Source: an uncultured Chloroflexia bacterium (GTDB lineage Bacteria; Chloroflexota; Limnocylindria; Limnocylindrales; CSP1-4). From it: 64,000 bases of DNA. A program made the position numbers and the translations under genes. Under the pieces are notes generated by a model. The model saw nothing but the letters and a program-made list of their open reading frames with translations, made no database searches and was not told where the DNA came from. Of the stretch, positions 39,283-50,648 are shown in pieces (the stretch's first letter is position 1; each line of letters starts with the position of its first letter). Where the stretch lies: assembly GCA_963734535.1 (NCBI GenBank), contig CAVTHS010000008.1, positions 64,001-128,000 of the forward strand, written 5' to 3'.

Positions 39283-39777
39283 TCACGGGGCGGCACGGCC
39301 CAGCGCCTGCGCTCCGGCACTGAGCAGAAGCACGATCGCGCCAAGCACGACCATCGCCGCTGCGCTGCGTGCGAGCCGGCCGACCGCGGCCGCCCTGGCC
39401 GCCTCGTCGACCGGCCCGGCGATGGCGGGCATGACCAGCAGGTCGAGATAGATGCCAACGCCGACGAGCGCCACGACGACCACGTGCTTGATGACGATCA
39501 GGGTGGACCAGGTGCTGTCGAAGAAGTGGCCGAACCCGGAGAATTGCTCGTCGCTGAGCATCAGGTAGAGGCCGGTGACAAGGAAGACGGCAACGGCGGC
39601 GATGAGCAGCGGCAGGGCACGCCGCTCGATGGCCGGGATGACCCGGCCGATGGCAGGCCCGTTCACGACGCTCCGCAGGACCGGGACCACGACCAGGGCA
39701 AGGATCGCGTAGTAGCCCAGGAGCACGACGGTCGCGAGCGAATGCAGCCAGACGGCCGCGGCCTGGACGACGTCCAC
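39283..39777 (-). CDS. CopD-like 4-TM membrane protein
   Basis: WLHSLATVVLLG...LVTGLY...IVIKH; GGAGG RBS. Confidence 0.75.
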   Translation of the reverse strand: MDVVQAAAVWLHSLATVVLLGYYAILALVVVPVLRSVVNGPAIGRVIPAIERRALPLLIAAVAVFLVTGLYLMLSDEQFSGFGHFFDSTWSTLIVIKHVVVVALVGVGIYLDLLVMPAIAGPVDEAARAAAVGRLARSAAAMVVLGAIVLLLSAGAQALGRAAP

Positions 39778-39990
39778 CAGTAGCCCTCCACCGATCCGAG
39801 CGGGTGCCCGCCAGCGTGGCGCGCCGCCGAGCTCGCTGCGAAGGTGGGCCGTGCAACGGACCTGCCACCAGTGCGGAATTGCCCGAACACGCGGGGCGTC
39901 CGACCCGGCCACGGTCCGGCGAGCTGTTGACCCGGCGTCACGACGCGGGTTGGGTCGCGGCCGCGCTCCGGTCGAGACCCGGACGCGGCG

Positions 39991-40416
39991 TCAGTAGGAC
40001 GCGTACGGAGAGGGGCTGGGCACCGGCGCCGGGCTCGCGGCGGGCTTCTGCGTCGGGAGCGTGCTTGGCTTCGCGGTCGCCCTCGCGGCGGGTGGGGTCG
40101 GCGAGCTGGTGCCGGTCTTCGCGGCCGGGCTCGGGGTCGCGTCCGCACGGCCCGCACCGGTGCCGTAGCCGTAGCCGTAGCGGCCCGCGGCGGGACTGGG
40201 CGCCGCAGCCGGGCTCGACGACGCTGCCGGTGCCGCTGCGGGAAGCGCCGCGGAGGGGGCAGCTGCGAACGAGGCCGCGGGCGCGAGGGATGGCGACACG
40301 ACGGATGGCGCGGCCGGGCCACCGGCGGCGCTCGTGCAGGCCGCCGCGGCGAGCGCGACGACGAACACGAGTGCCGCAAATCGGCCGGGGTCAGGAGAGA
40401 GCGGCGATCGGGACAT
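39991..40416 (-). CDS. Pro/Ala-rich putative lipoprotein
   Basis: LAAAAC lipobox; low-complexity body with YGYGYG. Confidence 0.6.
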   Translation of the reverse strand: MSRSPLSPDPGRFAALVFVVALAAAACTSAAGGPAAPSVVSPSLAPAASFAAAPSAALPAAAPAASSSPAAAPSPAAGRYGYGYGTGAGRADATPSPAAKTGTSSPTPPAARATAKPSTLPTQKPAASPAPVPSPSPYASY

Positions 40417-40684
40417 CGGACCTGGCTCCGTGGATGGCCGGGCGGTGGCGGCTCCTCGCGGACTCGCGTCGCTGCGCCCGTGCCACCTGCTACGCCGGCC
40501 GGCGACGGGCGGTTTCACGACCCGTCACAAGGGGCCGAGCAACCGTTCGGGCGCCGGGTTCTGCGCCTTCACCGCTCCCGGCCCTGTACCTTCCCGACGC
40601 CCGGCGCTCGGCGTTCCCGGGTTCCGGCGCTGAGCGACACCGACGCCGGGCTCCCGCCGGACTGGCCGTTCTCGCCAGATCGTG

Positions 40685-40792
40685 TATACTCCGACTGTTG
40701 CCGCAATGTAGTGGCAACTCTCGCGTGGTCGACCGTTCCTTCTCGAACAGACCGTGCGTCTGTGTTTGGTTCGGGAAGAGAAAAGGGTCACC
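40685..40792 (+). promoter_or_regulatory. -10 box and long AT-richer 5' UTR of the cold-shock gene
   Basis: TATACT at 40685-90, about 100 nt upstream of the ATG, as is typical for csp leaders. Confidence 0.55.
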
Positions 40793-40996
40793 ATGACCAC
40801 AGGAACCGTCAAGAAGGTCGTCTCCGACCGCGGCTTTGGCTTCATCACCGCTGAAGACGGCAAGGAGTACTTCTTCCACCGCAACGAGCTCACCCCCCCG
40901 CTCGACTTCGACCGGCTTGCCGGCGGCGAGCGCGTCGAGTTCGAAGTGCAGGCGAGCCCGAAGGGGCCGCGCGCCGCTCAGGTGCGCGCCGCCTGA
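40793..40996 (+). CDS. cspA: Cold-shock protein (CspA family)
   Basis: TGTVKKVVSDRGFGFI...YFFH...KGPRAAQV (RNP1/RNP2). Confidence 0.93.
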   Translation: MTTGTVKKVVSDRGFGFITAEDGKEYFFHRNELTPPLDFDRLAGGERVEFEVQASPKGPRAAQVRAA

Positions 40997-41033
40997 CCCC
41001 GCTGAGACGTCGCTCGCGCGACGACTTCGCACG

Positions 41034-41063
41034 AAGGCCCCGGTTCGCCGGGGCCTTTCGATT
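41034..41063 (+). terminator. Intrinsic terminator hairpin
   Basis: AAGGCCCCGG-TTCG-CCGGGGCCTT followed by TCGATT. Confidence 0.8.
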
Positions 41064-41144
41064 CCCCCCGGACCACGACCGGCCGCGCCTTCCTCCCTTC
41101 CGCGGGCCCGCTCCGGCGCCGACGGTACCCGGCTGCGCTGCCGC

Positions 41145-42233
41145 TCACGTCGTGCCGAGGAAGGCCTCCAGCTCAGCGCGCGTCGGCATGCCGCCCCGGG
41201 CCCCCGGGCGCGTCGTCGAGAGCGAGGCGGCCGCGACGGCCCGGCGAACGGCCTCCGGCAGGTCGAGCCCATCGGCCAGGGCTGCGGCCAGCGCGCCATT
41301 GAACGCATCGCCGGCACCGGTCGTGTCGCGCGGCGTGACGTCGGGCGCACCGATGGCGAGGGCCGGGACATCGACGCGCACGACCAGCGCTCCAGCCGCG
41401 CCGAGCGTCACGACGACGGCCGGCCCATTCGAGCCTGGTCGGCCGGCCGTGCCGCCCCCACCGGTCGTGTCTCCCGGGCCGGGCGTATCGCCGCCGGGGC
41501 CAGCCCTCGCATCGGCATCGCGATCCGGGGTGTCACTGCCGCTGACATGCCCGCCGAGCGCGCCCGCAAGCAGGAGCCTGGCGAGGGATTCCGGATCGTC
41601 GCCGGCGGGTCTTGCGTGGGCCGGTCCCGCGGCGAGCGGTCCGACGCCGGACAGGAGGGTGAGCTCGGCTTCGTTCGGCGTCAGGATGTCGACCAGCGCG
41701 AGCGTCGACGGCTCCAGCTCGTCGGCCGGGGCCGGGTTGAGGATCGTGGTCGAGCCGGCCTCGCGGCCGATCTCGAGTGCCGCGCGCACGCCGTCGACGG
41801 GGATCTCCCTGGAGACGAGCACCACGTCGCGCGGGCCGGGCGCCAGCCGTTCCAGGGCGGCCTCCACGTGGCGTTGGCGCACCTCGCCATTCGCTCCCGG
41901 GGCGACCGCGATCAGGTTCTCGCCGCTCGGGTCGACGACGATCAGCGCGACGCCCGTCGCACGGTCGGTCACCGCGAGGCCGCTGAGATCGATCCCCTCG
42001 ACCGCGAGCGCAGCCCGTGCCTCGCTCCCCATGTCGTCCGCGCCGATTGCCCCGACGAACGCGACCCGCGCGCCGAGACGCGCCGCCGCTGTTGCCTGGT
42101 TCCCGCCCTTGCCGCCCGGGTAGCGCGCCACGTCGCCGCCGGTGACCGTCTGGCCAGGGCCGGGCAGCCGCGCGGCCGCCACGACGAGGTCGACGTTGAC
42201 CGCTCCGACCACGAGCACCCGTCCACCAGTCAC
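41145..42233 (-). CDS. rbsK: Ribokinase (PfkB family)
   Basis: GGKGGNQATAAARLG, ILNPAPA, LTPNEAE and DTTGAGDAFNG; contains a low-complexity insert. Confidence 0.9.
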   Translation of the reverse strand: MTGGRVLVVGAVNVDLVVAAARLPGPGQTVTGGDVARYPGGKGGNQATAAARLGARVAFVGAIGADDMGSEARAALAVEGIDLSGLAVTDRATGVALIVVDPSGENLIAVAPGANGEVRQRHVEAALERLAPGPRDVVLVSREIPVDGVRAALEIGREAGSTTILNPAPADELEPSTLALVDILTPNEAELTLLSGVGPLAAGPAHARPAGDDPESLARLLLAGALGGHVSGSDTPDRDADARAGPGGDTPGPGDTTGGGGTAGRPGSNGPAVVVTLGAAGALVVRVDVPALAIGAPDVTPRDTTGAGDAFNGALAAALADGLDLPEAVRRAVAAASLSTTRPGARGGMPTRAELEAFLGTT

Positions 42234-42326
42234 GGGTAGATTGTCGCGGATCGCCGGCCCGGACCGCACGGCAGCGCAACTCACGCAACGCCACGACCGG
42301 AGTAGCATCGGGCCAGGAGGTGCCCA

Positions 42327-42962
42327 TTGATTCGACTGCTTCGCGGCGTCACGCGCGTCTTCGCGCTCCTTGTCGCCATCGCGACGCTCTTCGGGATGGC
42401 TTCGGCTGCCGTCGCGGCCGTCACGAAGCGCCGGGTCGAGACGACGAAGGACCCGGCCTCGAACGAGCCGACCGCCACCTCGGTCTTCGCAGGCGAACGG
42501 TTCGAGAGCCGCGCACCAGCACTGCGCGCCGGCCGGGTGATCACCTGGTTTGCCGGCCACGACGTCGACCTGCGCGGCGCGACGCTCGACCCGTCGGGCG
42601 CGACGCTCGACCTGCGGACGATGTACGGCGGAACGCAGGTCGCGATCCCCGAGGGCTGGCGCGTCGAGTCGCACGTGCGCTCGATCATCGGCGGGACACA
42701 GGTCGATGTCGACGATGCCGATCTCCCCGCGGACGCGCCGGTCCTCGAGCTGCGTGGCTTCTCGCTGTTCGGCGGCGTGCGAGTGACGACCAGCCCGGTC
42801 GCCTCGTGGAGTGGCCAGGATCACGACGGCGAGGCGCTTCCGCCGGCAGCGGGCGCGACCGTGACTCCGGCCGTGGAACCGGGGACAGCCGCCCTGGACG
42901 GCTCGGGACCGGCGGCCGACGCCGCCGACCCGGTGACGGCCGGCGCGCCCGTGCCCGCGTGA
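42327..42962 (+). CDS. LiaF/DUF2154-like cell-envelope protein
   Basis: VDLRGATL...YGGTQVAIPEGWRV...SLFGGVRV; AGGAGG RBS, TTG start. Confidence 0.8.
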   Translation: MIRLLRGVTRVFALLVAIATLFGMASAAVAAVTKRRVETTKDPASNEPTATSVFAGERFESRAPALRAGRVITWFAGHDVDLRGATLDPSGATLDLRTMYGGTQVAIPEGWRVESHVRSIIGGTQVDVDDADLPADAPVLELRGFSLFGGVRVTTSPVASWSGQDHDGEALPPAAGATVTPAVEPGTAALDGSGPAADAADPVTAGAPVPA

Positions 42963-43613
42963 CCACCGTCCTCCTCGTCCGCCACGGCCTGACGGCCCTG
43001 ACCGGTCCCATCCTGAGCGGCTGGACGCCGGGACTCCATCTCGACGATCGCGGCCGCGCCCAGGTGGCATCGCTCGGCGAGCGGATGCGCGCCATCCCGC
43101 TGGCGGCGGTCGTGACGTCCCCGCTGGAACGCTGCCGGGAGACCGCCGACGCCGTCCTCGCCGGTCGCGAGCCGGCGCCCCCGCTCCACGTGGACGAACG
43201 GGTCGGCGAGGTGCACTACGGCAGCTGGACGGGCCGTCCGTTCAAGGAGCTCACAAAGGACCCGCTCTGGCAGGTCGTCCAGGGCCACCCGTCGGCTGCC
43301 GTCTTCCCGGACGGCGAGGGGCTCGCCGTGATGGCTGCCCGGGCGGCCGAGGCCGTCCGCGACTGGAACGCGCGGCTCGGACCGGACGCGACGTACGCGC
43401 TCGTGAGCCACGCAGACGTGATCAAGTCGCTCATCGCCGATGCGCTGGGACTCCATCTCGACGGCTACCAGCGGATCGTGGTCGATCCGGCCTCGCTGAC
43501 CGTGATCCAGTACACGGCCCTCCGAACGTTCGTCAGTCCGTGTCAACGACACCGGGGGCAGCGTGGACGCCCTGATCCCGAAACCACCCTCGCGGCGCCG
43601 GCGGGAACGCTAG
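42959..43613 (+). CDS. Histidine phosphatase (MSMEG_4193 family), +1 frameshift near 43535
   Basis: LLVRHG, SPLERCRET, GEVHYGSW and VSHADVIK; C-terminus VRVNDTG... in the next frame. Confidence 0.88.
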
Positions 43614-43713
43614 CGTCCATCGCCGGACGGCGGGGCGCATGCCCGCCCGCAGGCGCAGCCCGCCGCGACCGCGCTAGAGTCGCCGTCACATCCATCTCGC
43701 CCGGAGGGCTTTC

Positions 43714-44347
43714 GTGCCGCGTCGCATCTACGATTTCGGAGTCCCGGACCGGTTCGTCGCCGGGACGGTCGGCCAACCCGGCAACCGCACCTTCTTCCTG
43801 CAGGCTCGCAAGGGCAGCGCGCTCGTCTCGGTCGTGCTCGAGAAGGTCCAGGTCCAGGTGCTCGCCGAGCGCCTCGCGCTGCTCCTCGCGGAGATCGCCC
43901 GCCGCGGCGTGCAGGTCCCGGAGGCGCTCGCGCCGTCGGACGACGACACGTCGCCCCTCGGTGAGCCGCTCGTGGAGGCGTTTCGCGTCGGGACGATGAC
44001 GCTGGGCTGGGACCCGGAGCGCGAGCAGGTCGTCGTCGAGGCGCGCGCCCAGGAGGAAGCCGACGACGAGGATGAGGACGAGGACGACGAGGACGACGAG
44101 GACGGACGAGACGACGCGGACGCCGATGAGGACGAGGACGACGAGCCCGCGTCCGCTCGAGATCGACGACAGCGATCCGGACGGTCCGGACCTGGTGCGC
44201 GTCCGCCTGACGCCGCTCGCCGCCCGCGCGTTCGTGGAGCGCTCGCTGCGAACCGTGGCCGCCGGGCGGCCGCCGTGCCCGTTCTGCGGCCAGCCGCTCG
44301 ACCCGACGGGCCACATCTGTCCGCGCAAGAACGGCTACGTGCACTGA
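43714..44347 (+). CDS. DUF3090 family protein, +1 frameshift near 44150
   Basis: FVAGTVGQPGNRTFFLQA...EKVQV, acidic tract, then AGRPPCPFCGQPLDPTGHICPRKNG. Confidence 0.9.
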
Positions 44348-44385
44348 GCAGCCCCGCCGTGGACGGGCCGGACGGACGGGCGGGA

Positions 44386-45280
44386 ATGCACGGCCTGGAC
44401 GCCCGCGACGACGACCACGCGGCCGAGAGCGAGGGCGAGCACGCCGACGGGGCCGAACGCGAGGGCGAGCCCCACGACGCGGCCGACGACTCGGCCGGCG
44501 CGGCCCAGGGCGAGGGCGAGCCGGAGCTCCCGCCGGCGGTCGACCTCCCGCCCACCCTGGCGCTCCCCTTCCTGCTGGACGGCGACCTCGAGATCGTGGG
44601 TCGCCTGGTCCAGGCTTCGAACACGACCCTGCTCGTCACCATCACCGGCGACGTTCCCGGGCGTGGGCTGATCACGGCGGGAGCCGTCTACAAGCCGATC
44701 CGCGGCGAACGACCGCTCTGGGACTTCCCCGAGGCCACGCTGGCGCATCGCGAGGTGGCGGCACACGCCGTCTCGGAGGCGACGGGCTGGCAGATCGTGC
44801 CCCCGACCGTCTTTCGCGAGGCGGGCCCGCTGGGTCCGGGGATGCTCCAACTGTGGGTCGACGACCCGCGACGACGTCGACATCCTGGCCCTCCTCCAGT
44901 CGAGCGATCCCCGCCTGCGGCGGATCGCCCTGTTCGACGCGGTGGTCAACAACGCGGACCGCAAGGGAGGGCACCTGCTCGTGCGGCCCGACGGCGTCAT
45001 CCAGGGCGTCGACCACGGTGTCACCTTCAACGTGGACCCGAAGCTGCGCACGATCCTCTGGAACTGGCGGGGCACGCTGATCGCCCCGCGGGAGCTGCAG
45101 GTCCTGGCGTCGCTTCGTCCGAAGCTCGCGGCGGGCGGGCCGCTCGCCGCCGCGCTGGCCGAGCACCTCGACGGCGCGGAGATCGAGGTGGCCCGCGCCC
45201 GCCTGGACGAGCTCCTGGGCTCCCGAACCTTCCCCCACCCGCACCCGGACTGGCCGGCCGTGCCCTGGCCCTGGTACTGA
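44386..45280 (+). CDS. SCO1664 family (PI3/4-kinase-like) protein, +1 frameshift near 44868
   Basis: VYKPIRGERPLWDFP...REVAA then VVNNADRKGGH...GVDHGVTF...PAVPWPW. Confidence 0.9.
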
Positions 45281-45298
45281 CCGAGCGATCCCTCCCGC

Positions 45299-46048
45299 TC
45301 ACTCCGCGGGCGGCACCGTCCCGACGTGGAGCGTCACGATCCCGCCGGACATGCCGGTCCACGTCACTTCGACCAGGCCGGCCTCGCGCATGAACCCGGC
45401 GATCGCCTCGGGCGCGGGGTAGCTCCGGACGCTGCGGACGAGGTACGCGTAGGCGCCGCCCTGCCCGGCGATGCGACCGATCACCGGCACGATCCCGTCG
45501 AACCAGGCCCGCAGGATCCGGGCGAGCCGGCTCCGCGGCCGCGCGATCTCCAGGCAGACGACGCGCCCGCCCGGACGCACGACGCGGCGCATCTCCGCGA
45601 ACCCGCCTCGGTAGTCGGGCAGGTTCCGCATCCCGAACGCGATCGTGGCGGCGTCGAAGGATGCGTCGGGCGCGGGCAACGCAAGGGCGTCACCGACCAC
45701 GAACGTCAGCCCCGGACGACCAACGAAGCGGCGCTCCGCCACCGAGATCATGCCAGGGCTGATGTCGACGCCGAGCACCTCGCCGCCCGGCTGCGCGCGA
45801 CGGTGGAGATCGGCCGCGACCTTGCCCGTGCCGGTCGCGATATCGATCGCGCGACCGCCCGGCCGGAGCCGTGTCATCGCCACGGCTCGCCGCCGCCAGC
45901 GCGGCTCCTGGAACGCGCTGATCACGAGGTTCATCGGGTCGTAGACGCGCGAGATCCCGTCGAACATCGAGCTGACCTCGCTGCTCGGCGCGGCGTTGCC
46001 GCGCTCGGTCGCGAGGCCGGATGGAGCGCCGTCGCGGGGCCTGGTCAT
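45299..46048 (-). CDS. menG: Demethylmenaquinone methyltransferase
   Basis: MFDGISRVYDPMN, IDIATGTG, IAFGMRN and AYAYLVRSV; last gene of the men operon. Confidence 0.92.
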   Translation of the reverse strand: MTRPRDGAPSGLATERGNAAPSSEVSSMFDGISRVYDPMNLVISAFQEPRWRRRAVAMTRLRPGGRAIDIATGTGKVAADLHRRAQPGGEVLGVDISPGMISVAERRFVGRPGLTFVVGDALALPAPDASFDAATIAFGMRNLPDYRGGFAEMRRVVRPGGRVVCLEIARPRSRLARILRAWFDGIVPVIGRIAGQGGAYAYLVRSVRSYPAPEAIAGFMREAGLVEVTWTGMSGGIVTLHVGTVPPAE

Positions 46049-46924
46049 GGGTGCAGATCCGGGGCGGCCGGGCGGCCGGCCGCGCTCGGGGCCGTGATGC
46101 CGGCGTCGGCGATCGCGTCGAGGATCGCGGCCGCGACGGGCTCGGGATCGGTGATCGGGGCCGGGTGTCGGAGCCCCTCGAGCGACACGAGGCGCGCTCC
46201 CGGGATCCGGGCGACCACCGCCCGGGCGATCGGCGCGTAGAACGGCTCGCTCGCGGTGCCGGTCAGGACGATGACCGGGGCGGCGATCCGCGACAGGCCG
46301 GCAGGTTCCAGCCCGCCGAGCGCCGCATCGGCGAACGCGCCTTCTCCCTGCGCCGCGAGGAACGTCCGGGCCCGGGCGGGCAGCGCCGCCCAGGCCCCGT
46401 CGCCCGCGACCCCGTCGAGGAATGCCGCGGCGGCGGCAGCCCCTCCGCCCGACGCGAAGGCCCGCTCCGTCGCGGTCGCGACGGCCGCGAACGCCGCCCG
46501 GGTCTCTGCGTCGGCGAGCGGCCCGTACGGCGGCTCCCAGGCGACGACCGCGCGGATGCGCCCGGGAAGCCGGGCCGCGGCCTCCAGCGCGACGACCCCG
46601 CCGAAGCTGTGCCCGACGAGGACCGCGGCGGTCATTCCCTCGGCGTCGAGCAGGGTGGCGACGTCGGCGACGTGGACGGCAACGTCGAGCGGCCGCGGCA
46701 CCGGCACGCGCGCTCTCCCCGCCCCCCCGCCGATCCAGGGCGAGGACGGGCCCGCGGGCGGCGAGCAGCCGGGCCAGGCCGGTCAGCTGGATCGACGCCG
46801 ACAGGGTGGCGTGGAGGAGGACGATGGGCGTCTCCTGTCCGGCCCCGTCAGCGGCGGCGAACACGCGGCAGGCCAGCGTGATCCCGCCGGGAGCGCGGAG
46901 CGTGCGCATCGACGCACCGATCAC
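46045..46924 (-). CDS. Alpha/beta hydrolase within the men operon, +1 frameshift near 46715
   Basis: VLLHAT, ALDRRG, LVGHSFGG and GLRHPAP; coupled to menE and menG. Confidence 0.82.
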
Positions 46925-48544
46925 GCCGGCACCTCCGTGGCCGCTGCCGGCGGCGGGTTGTCCGCCGGTGGCAGAGCGGCGGGGCAGCGTGCCGTCGGGG
47001 CGCAGCGTACCGTCGGCAGGCAGCGTGCCGTCGGCGGGCGGCGGCCATCGGTCGCAGGCGCCACGTCGACGGGCGGTCCGGGCGCCAGGGCCGCGCGCAG
47101 CTCCGAGCGGCGCAGCTTCCCGGACCCCGTCCGTGGCAGCGACGCAACGAGGATGAATGCGGCCGGGACCTTGTACGGCGCCAGACGAGCAAGACAGAAC
47201 GCTCGCAGGTCGGCGTCGGTCGGCACCGGCGCACCGGATCGAAGAACGACAGACGCCACCGGCACCGCCCCCCAGGTCGGGTCCGCGCGACCGGCGACGC
47301 CGGCCTCCGCGATCCCGGGGTGCTCCGCGAGCACCGCCTCCACCTCGGCGGGGAAGACGTTCTCGCCTCCCGACACGATCAGGTCGTCGCGTCGATCGAG
47401 CACGTGGAGGAAGCCGTCCGCGTCGATCCGCCCCGCGTCGCCGGTCCGCAGCCAACCGTCGGACTCGAACGCGGCGGCCGTCGCCTCGGGCCGGCCGAGG
47501 TAGGCGGAGAACGCGGCCGGCGTGCGGACCTGGATCTCGCCCGTGCCATCCGCGGCAGGGTCAGCGATCCGGACCTGGACGCCGGGCAGCGGCCGCCCCG
47601 CCGATCCGGGATGGGCCGCGACGTCGCCGGTTGCCAGGGCCGACACCCCCGAGCCCGCCTCCGTGAGGCCGTAGGTCGGGACCACGGGCCAGCCGGCCGC
47701 GAGCGCCCGCGTCACGAGGTCCGGCGGGATCGGTGCGCCGCCGAGGAGGACGGCCCGCAGGTTCGCGAGCCGCGGTCCTCGTGCCTCGCGGTCGACGGCG
47801 TCGAGCAGCCGCACGAGCTGCGTCGGGACGAGCGAGACGTGGCTGGCGGGCCGCTGCCGGAGCGCGTCGAGCACGGGCTCGGGGTCGAATGCCGGGACGG
47901 CGCGCAGCGGCACGCCCGCCCCGATTGCCCGCCATGCCACCCCGAGCCCCGCGACATGGGCGAGGCCAAGACAGAGGACCCAGCCCGTTGCCGCCGGAAG
48001 CGCTGCGGACCACGCGGCGGCGCTCGCCGCCATCGCGGCATGGGAGAGCAGGGCGGCCTTCGGGCGACCGGTCGTGCCCGACGTCAGGATCGCGACGGCA
48101 GGTGCGTCCGGATCGAACGCGTTCGCCGGCGGGCGTGCGCTCGGAGCGCCCGCGCCGAGGGCGTCGAGCGGGATCGTCGGGACGCCGAGGGCCCGTGCGC
48201 GGTCGAGATGCTCGGCGTCGTGCACGGCCAGCCGCGGCCCGATCACGACACCCGCGGCCGCCAGCTCGGGCGCGGTGAGGGTCGTCCCGAGCGGCGCCAC
48301 GCATGCCCCGACCCGACCCGCGGCCGCCAGCAGCGCGACGGCGCTCGCCGACGGCGCCGCGATGCAGGGCCACCCGGTCGCCGGGGACCACCCCGGCGGC
48401 AACGAGGCCGGCCGCCAGCGCGTCGGCGTGCGCGTCGAGCTCGGCGAAGGTCCAGGTTCGCCCGGGCTCCATGATCGCCGGTGCATCGGGCGTCGACCCG
48501 GCGTGACCGCGGAGCGCGAGCGGCAGGATCATCGCCGTGTTCAC
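46921..48544 (-). CDS. menE: O-succinylbenzoate-CoA ligase, +1 frameshift near 48364
   Basis: TSGTTGRPK, TYGLTE, RTGDAG, SGGENV and PRTGSGK. Confidence 0.9.
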
Positions 48545-49737
48545 GGGGTCGCCTCGACGAACTCCGCGGCGAAGCGCGCCACCGCCGGACGGCTCACGCG
48601 GACCCGCAGGCGACCGGCTCCGTCCCCCCCGGGCGCGTGCATCCGTCCGGATTCCACCACCAGCGGCTCGTCGAGCAGATCGTGATCCAGCAGCCCGAAG
48701 GTCGCGAGGCCGTGGGCGAGCGGTGCCGGGAATCGGGAACCCGGCACCAACGGAAGCACGATGGCTGCGCTCAACGCGGCCGAGATGCCGATGCCCGTCT
48801 CGAAGAGCGTGCTGACCACCACGGGCACCCCGTGGGCCGCGGCGGCCGCCGCGATCTCCGCGACGGCGACCGGGCCGCCGACGCGCGCAGGCTTCACGAC
48901 CAGCACGTCGGCCGCTCCCTCGGCGAGGAGCCGTCGCACCGCGACGATCGACGCGGCCGCCTCGTCGGCAGCGACCGCGACCTCCACGCGGCGCCGCAGC
49001 TCGGCCGCCCCGGCACCGTCGTCCGCGGCAAGCGGCTGCTCGACGTACTCGATCCCAAAGCGCGCAACGGCCTCCAGGCGCTCCTCGGCCGTGGGCAGGT
49101 CCCAGGCGCCGTTCACGTCCAGGCGAAGGCGGACGTCGGGACCCACCGCGGTCCGGATCGCCCGCACCCGGGCCACGAGGTCGACCGTCTCGCGCTCGAC
49201 GCCCGCCTTGAGCTTCAGGGTCGTGAAGCCGGCCTCGATCGCCTGGAGCGCGGCCTCGGCGCCGGCAGCCGGCCCGCCGAAGCCGATCGTGCCGTTGACG
49301 GGCACACCGGGCGGGATCGTCCGATCGGCGGTCGGAGCCCCGGCGCGGCCAGGCTCCGCTCCACCTGCGACCTCGCCATCCCCGGCCGGCAGCAGGTCGA
49401 AGCGCGCCGCGTCCATCGCGGCGCGGAAGGCGCGGCCCGGCGTCCCGAGCAGCTCGAGCTCCTCGACATCGGGCACGTCGCCGGACCGTGCGCGGTCGGC
49501 GGCCTCGCGGATCAGCCGGGCCAGGATCGTCTCCTCGACCTCGGTCGCGTCCGGCTCGAGGACCGCCTCGCCGACGCCGATCCGGCCGTCCGGACCGGCC
49601 ACGAACAGGATCCACGCCTCGCGATGGAGCCACATGCCCGTCGCCGTCGCGAACGGCCGGCGGAACGGGACCCGGACGCGAACCGCCGTCAGGCCGGTGA
49701 CCGGGACCGCCTCGAGCGTCATTCGCAGGTCGATCAT
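48541..49737 (-). CDS. menC: O-succinylbenzoate synthase
   Basis: Enolase-superfamily KLK, RLDVNGAW, EQP, ADE and VKP motifs; operon context. Confidence 0.88.
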   Translation of the reverse strand: MIDLRMTLEAVPVTGLTAVRVRVPFRRPFATATGMWLHREAWILFVAGPDGRIGVGEAVLEPDATEVEETILARLIREAADRARSGDVPDVEELELLGTPGRAFRAAMDAARFDLLPAGDGEVAGGAEPGRAGAPTADRTIPPGVPVNGTIGFGGPAAGAEAALQAIEAGFTTLKLKAGVERETVDLVARVRAIRTAVGPDVRLRLDVNGAWDLPTAEERLEAVARFGIEYVEQPLAADDGAGAAELRRRVEVAVAADEAAASIVAVRRLLAEGAADVLVVKPARVGGPVAVAEIAAAAAAHGVPVVVSTLFETGIGISAALSAAIVLPLVPGSRFPAPLAHGLATFGLLDHDLLDEPLVVESGRMHAPGGDGAGRLRVRVSRPAVARFAAEFVEATP

Positions 49738-50648
49738 GCGGGCCAGCCGCGGAGGGCGAGGGCGGCCGCGAAGAGCACCCCGAACGCGAGGTCGAGCCGC
49801 GCCGTGCCCTTGAGGACCGGGTTGAGCTGCCGCGGCTCCCGGAAGTCGCGGACCGTCCGGAGGAGCGGCCCGACGAGCGGGGCCGACAGGAGGGGCAGCA
49901 GCTGGACGATCCCGAAGCCGGCGAGCATGAGCCCGATCGGGACGGCGAACGCCGCAGCGAGCAGGAACGCGTATTCCATCGCCGTCGCACGGCGGCCCAT
50001 CATCACGGCCAGCGTCCGCTTGCCGGCAGCCGCATCGGTCGGGATGTCGCGCAGGTTGTTGACGACGAGGATCGCAGTCGTCAGGGCGCCGATTGGGATC
50101 GCGGCGACCGCGAAGAGCGGCTCGAAGCGGAGCGCCTGGAGGTATGCCGTCCCGACGACCGCGACAAGGCCGAAGAAGACGAACACGAAGACCTCGCCCA
50201 GGCCGCGGTACCCATACGGCCACGGCCCGCCGGTATAGGCGAGGGCGGCGACGATCGCGAGCAGGCCGAGCCCGACGATGGCCGGGCCGCCCACCCAGGC
50301 GAGCCACAGGCCCGTCAGCGCCGCGAGCGCGATCGCCAGGCCGATCGCGACCTCCAGCTGGCGCTCGGTCACGAGCCCGGCCGACGCGACCCGGGTGGGC
50401 CCCGCCCGATCCGGCGTGTCGGCGCCGCGCCGGAAGTCCGAGAGGTCGTTGGCGAGGTTCGCCACGACCTGCAGCAGCAGCGCGACCGCCAGGCAGCCGA
50501 GCGCGGTGTCGACGCGGAACGCGGCGCCCGCGGCCAGGGCGGCGCCGAGCCCCACGACCACGCCGCTCGCCGCGGCCGGGAGCGTGGCCGGGCGGATCGC
50601 CAGGAGCCAGGTCCGCGCGGCGGAGGGTCGGGCGGCGATGGACGTCAC
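49734..50648 (-). CDS. menA: 1,4-dihydroxy-2-naphthoate polyprenyltransferase
   Basis: [30 protein letters not shown] and [10 protein letters not shown]. Confidence 0.95.
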   Translation of the reverse strand: MTSIAARPSAARTWLLAIRPATLPAAASGVVVGLGAALAAGAAFRVDTALGCLAVALLLQVVANLANDLSDFRRGADTPDRAGPTRVASAGLVTERQLEVAIGLAIALAALTGLWLAWVGGPAIVGLGLLAIVAALAYTGGPWPYGYRGLGEVFVFVFFGLVAVVGTAYLQALRFEPLFAVAAIPIGALTTAILVVNNLRDIPTDAAAGKRTLAVMMGRRATAMEYAFLLAAAFAVPIGLMLAGFGIVQLLPLLSAPLVGPLLRTVRDFREPRQLNPVLKGTARLDLAFGVLFAAALALRGWPA

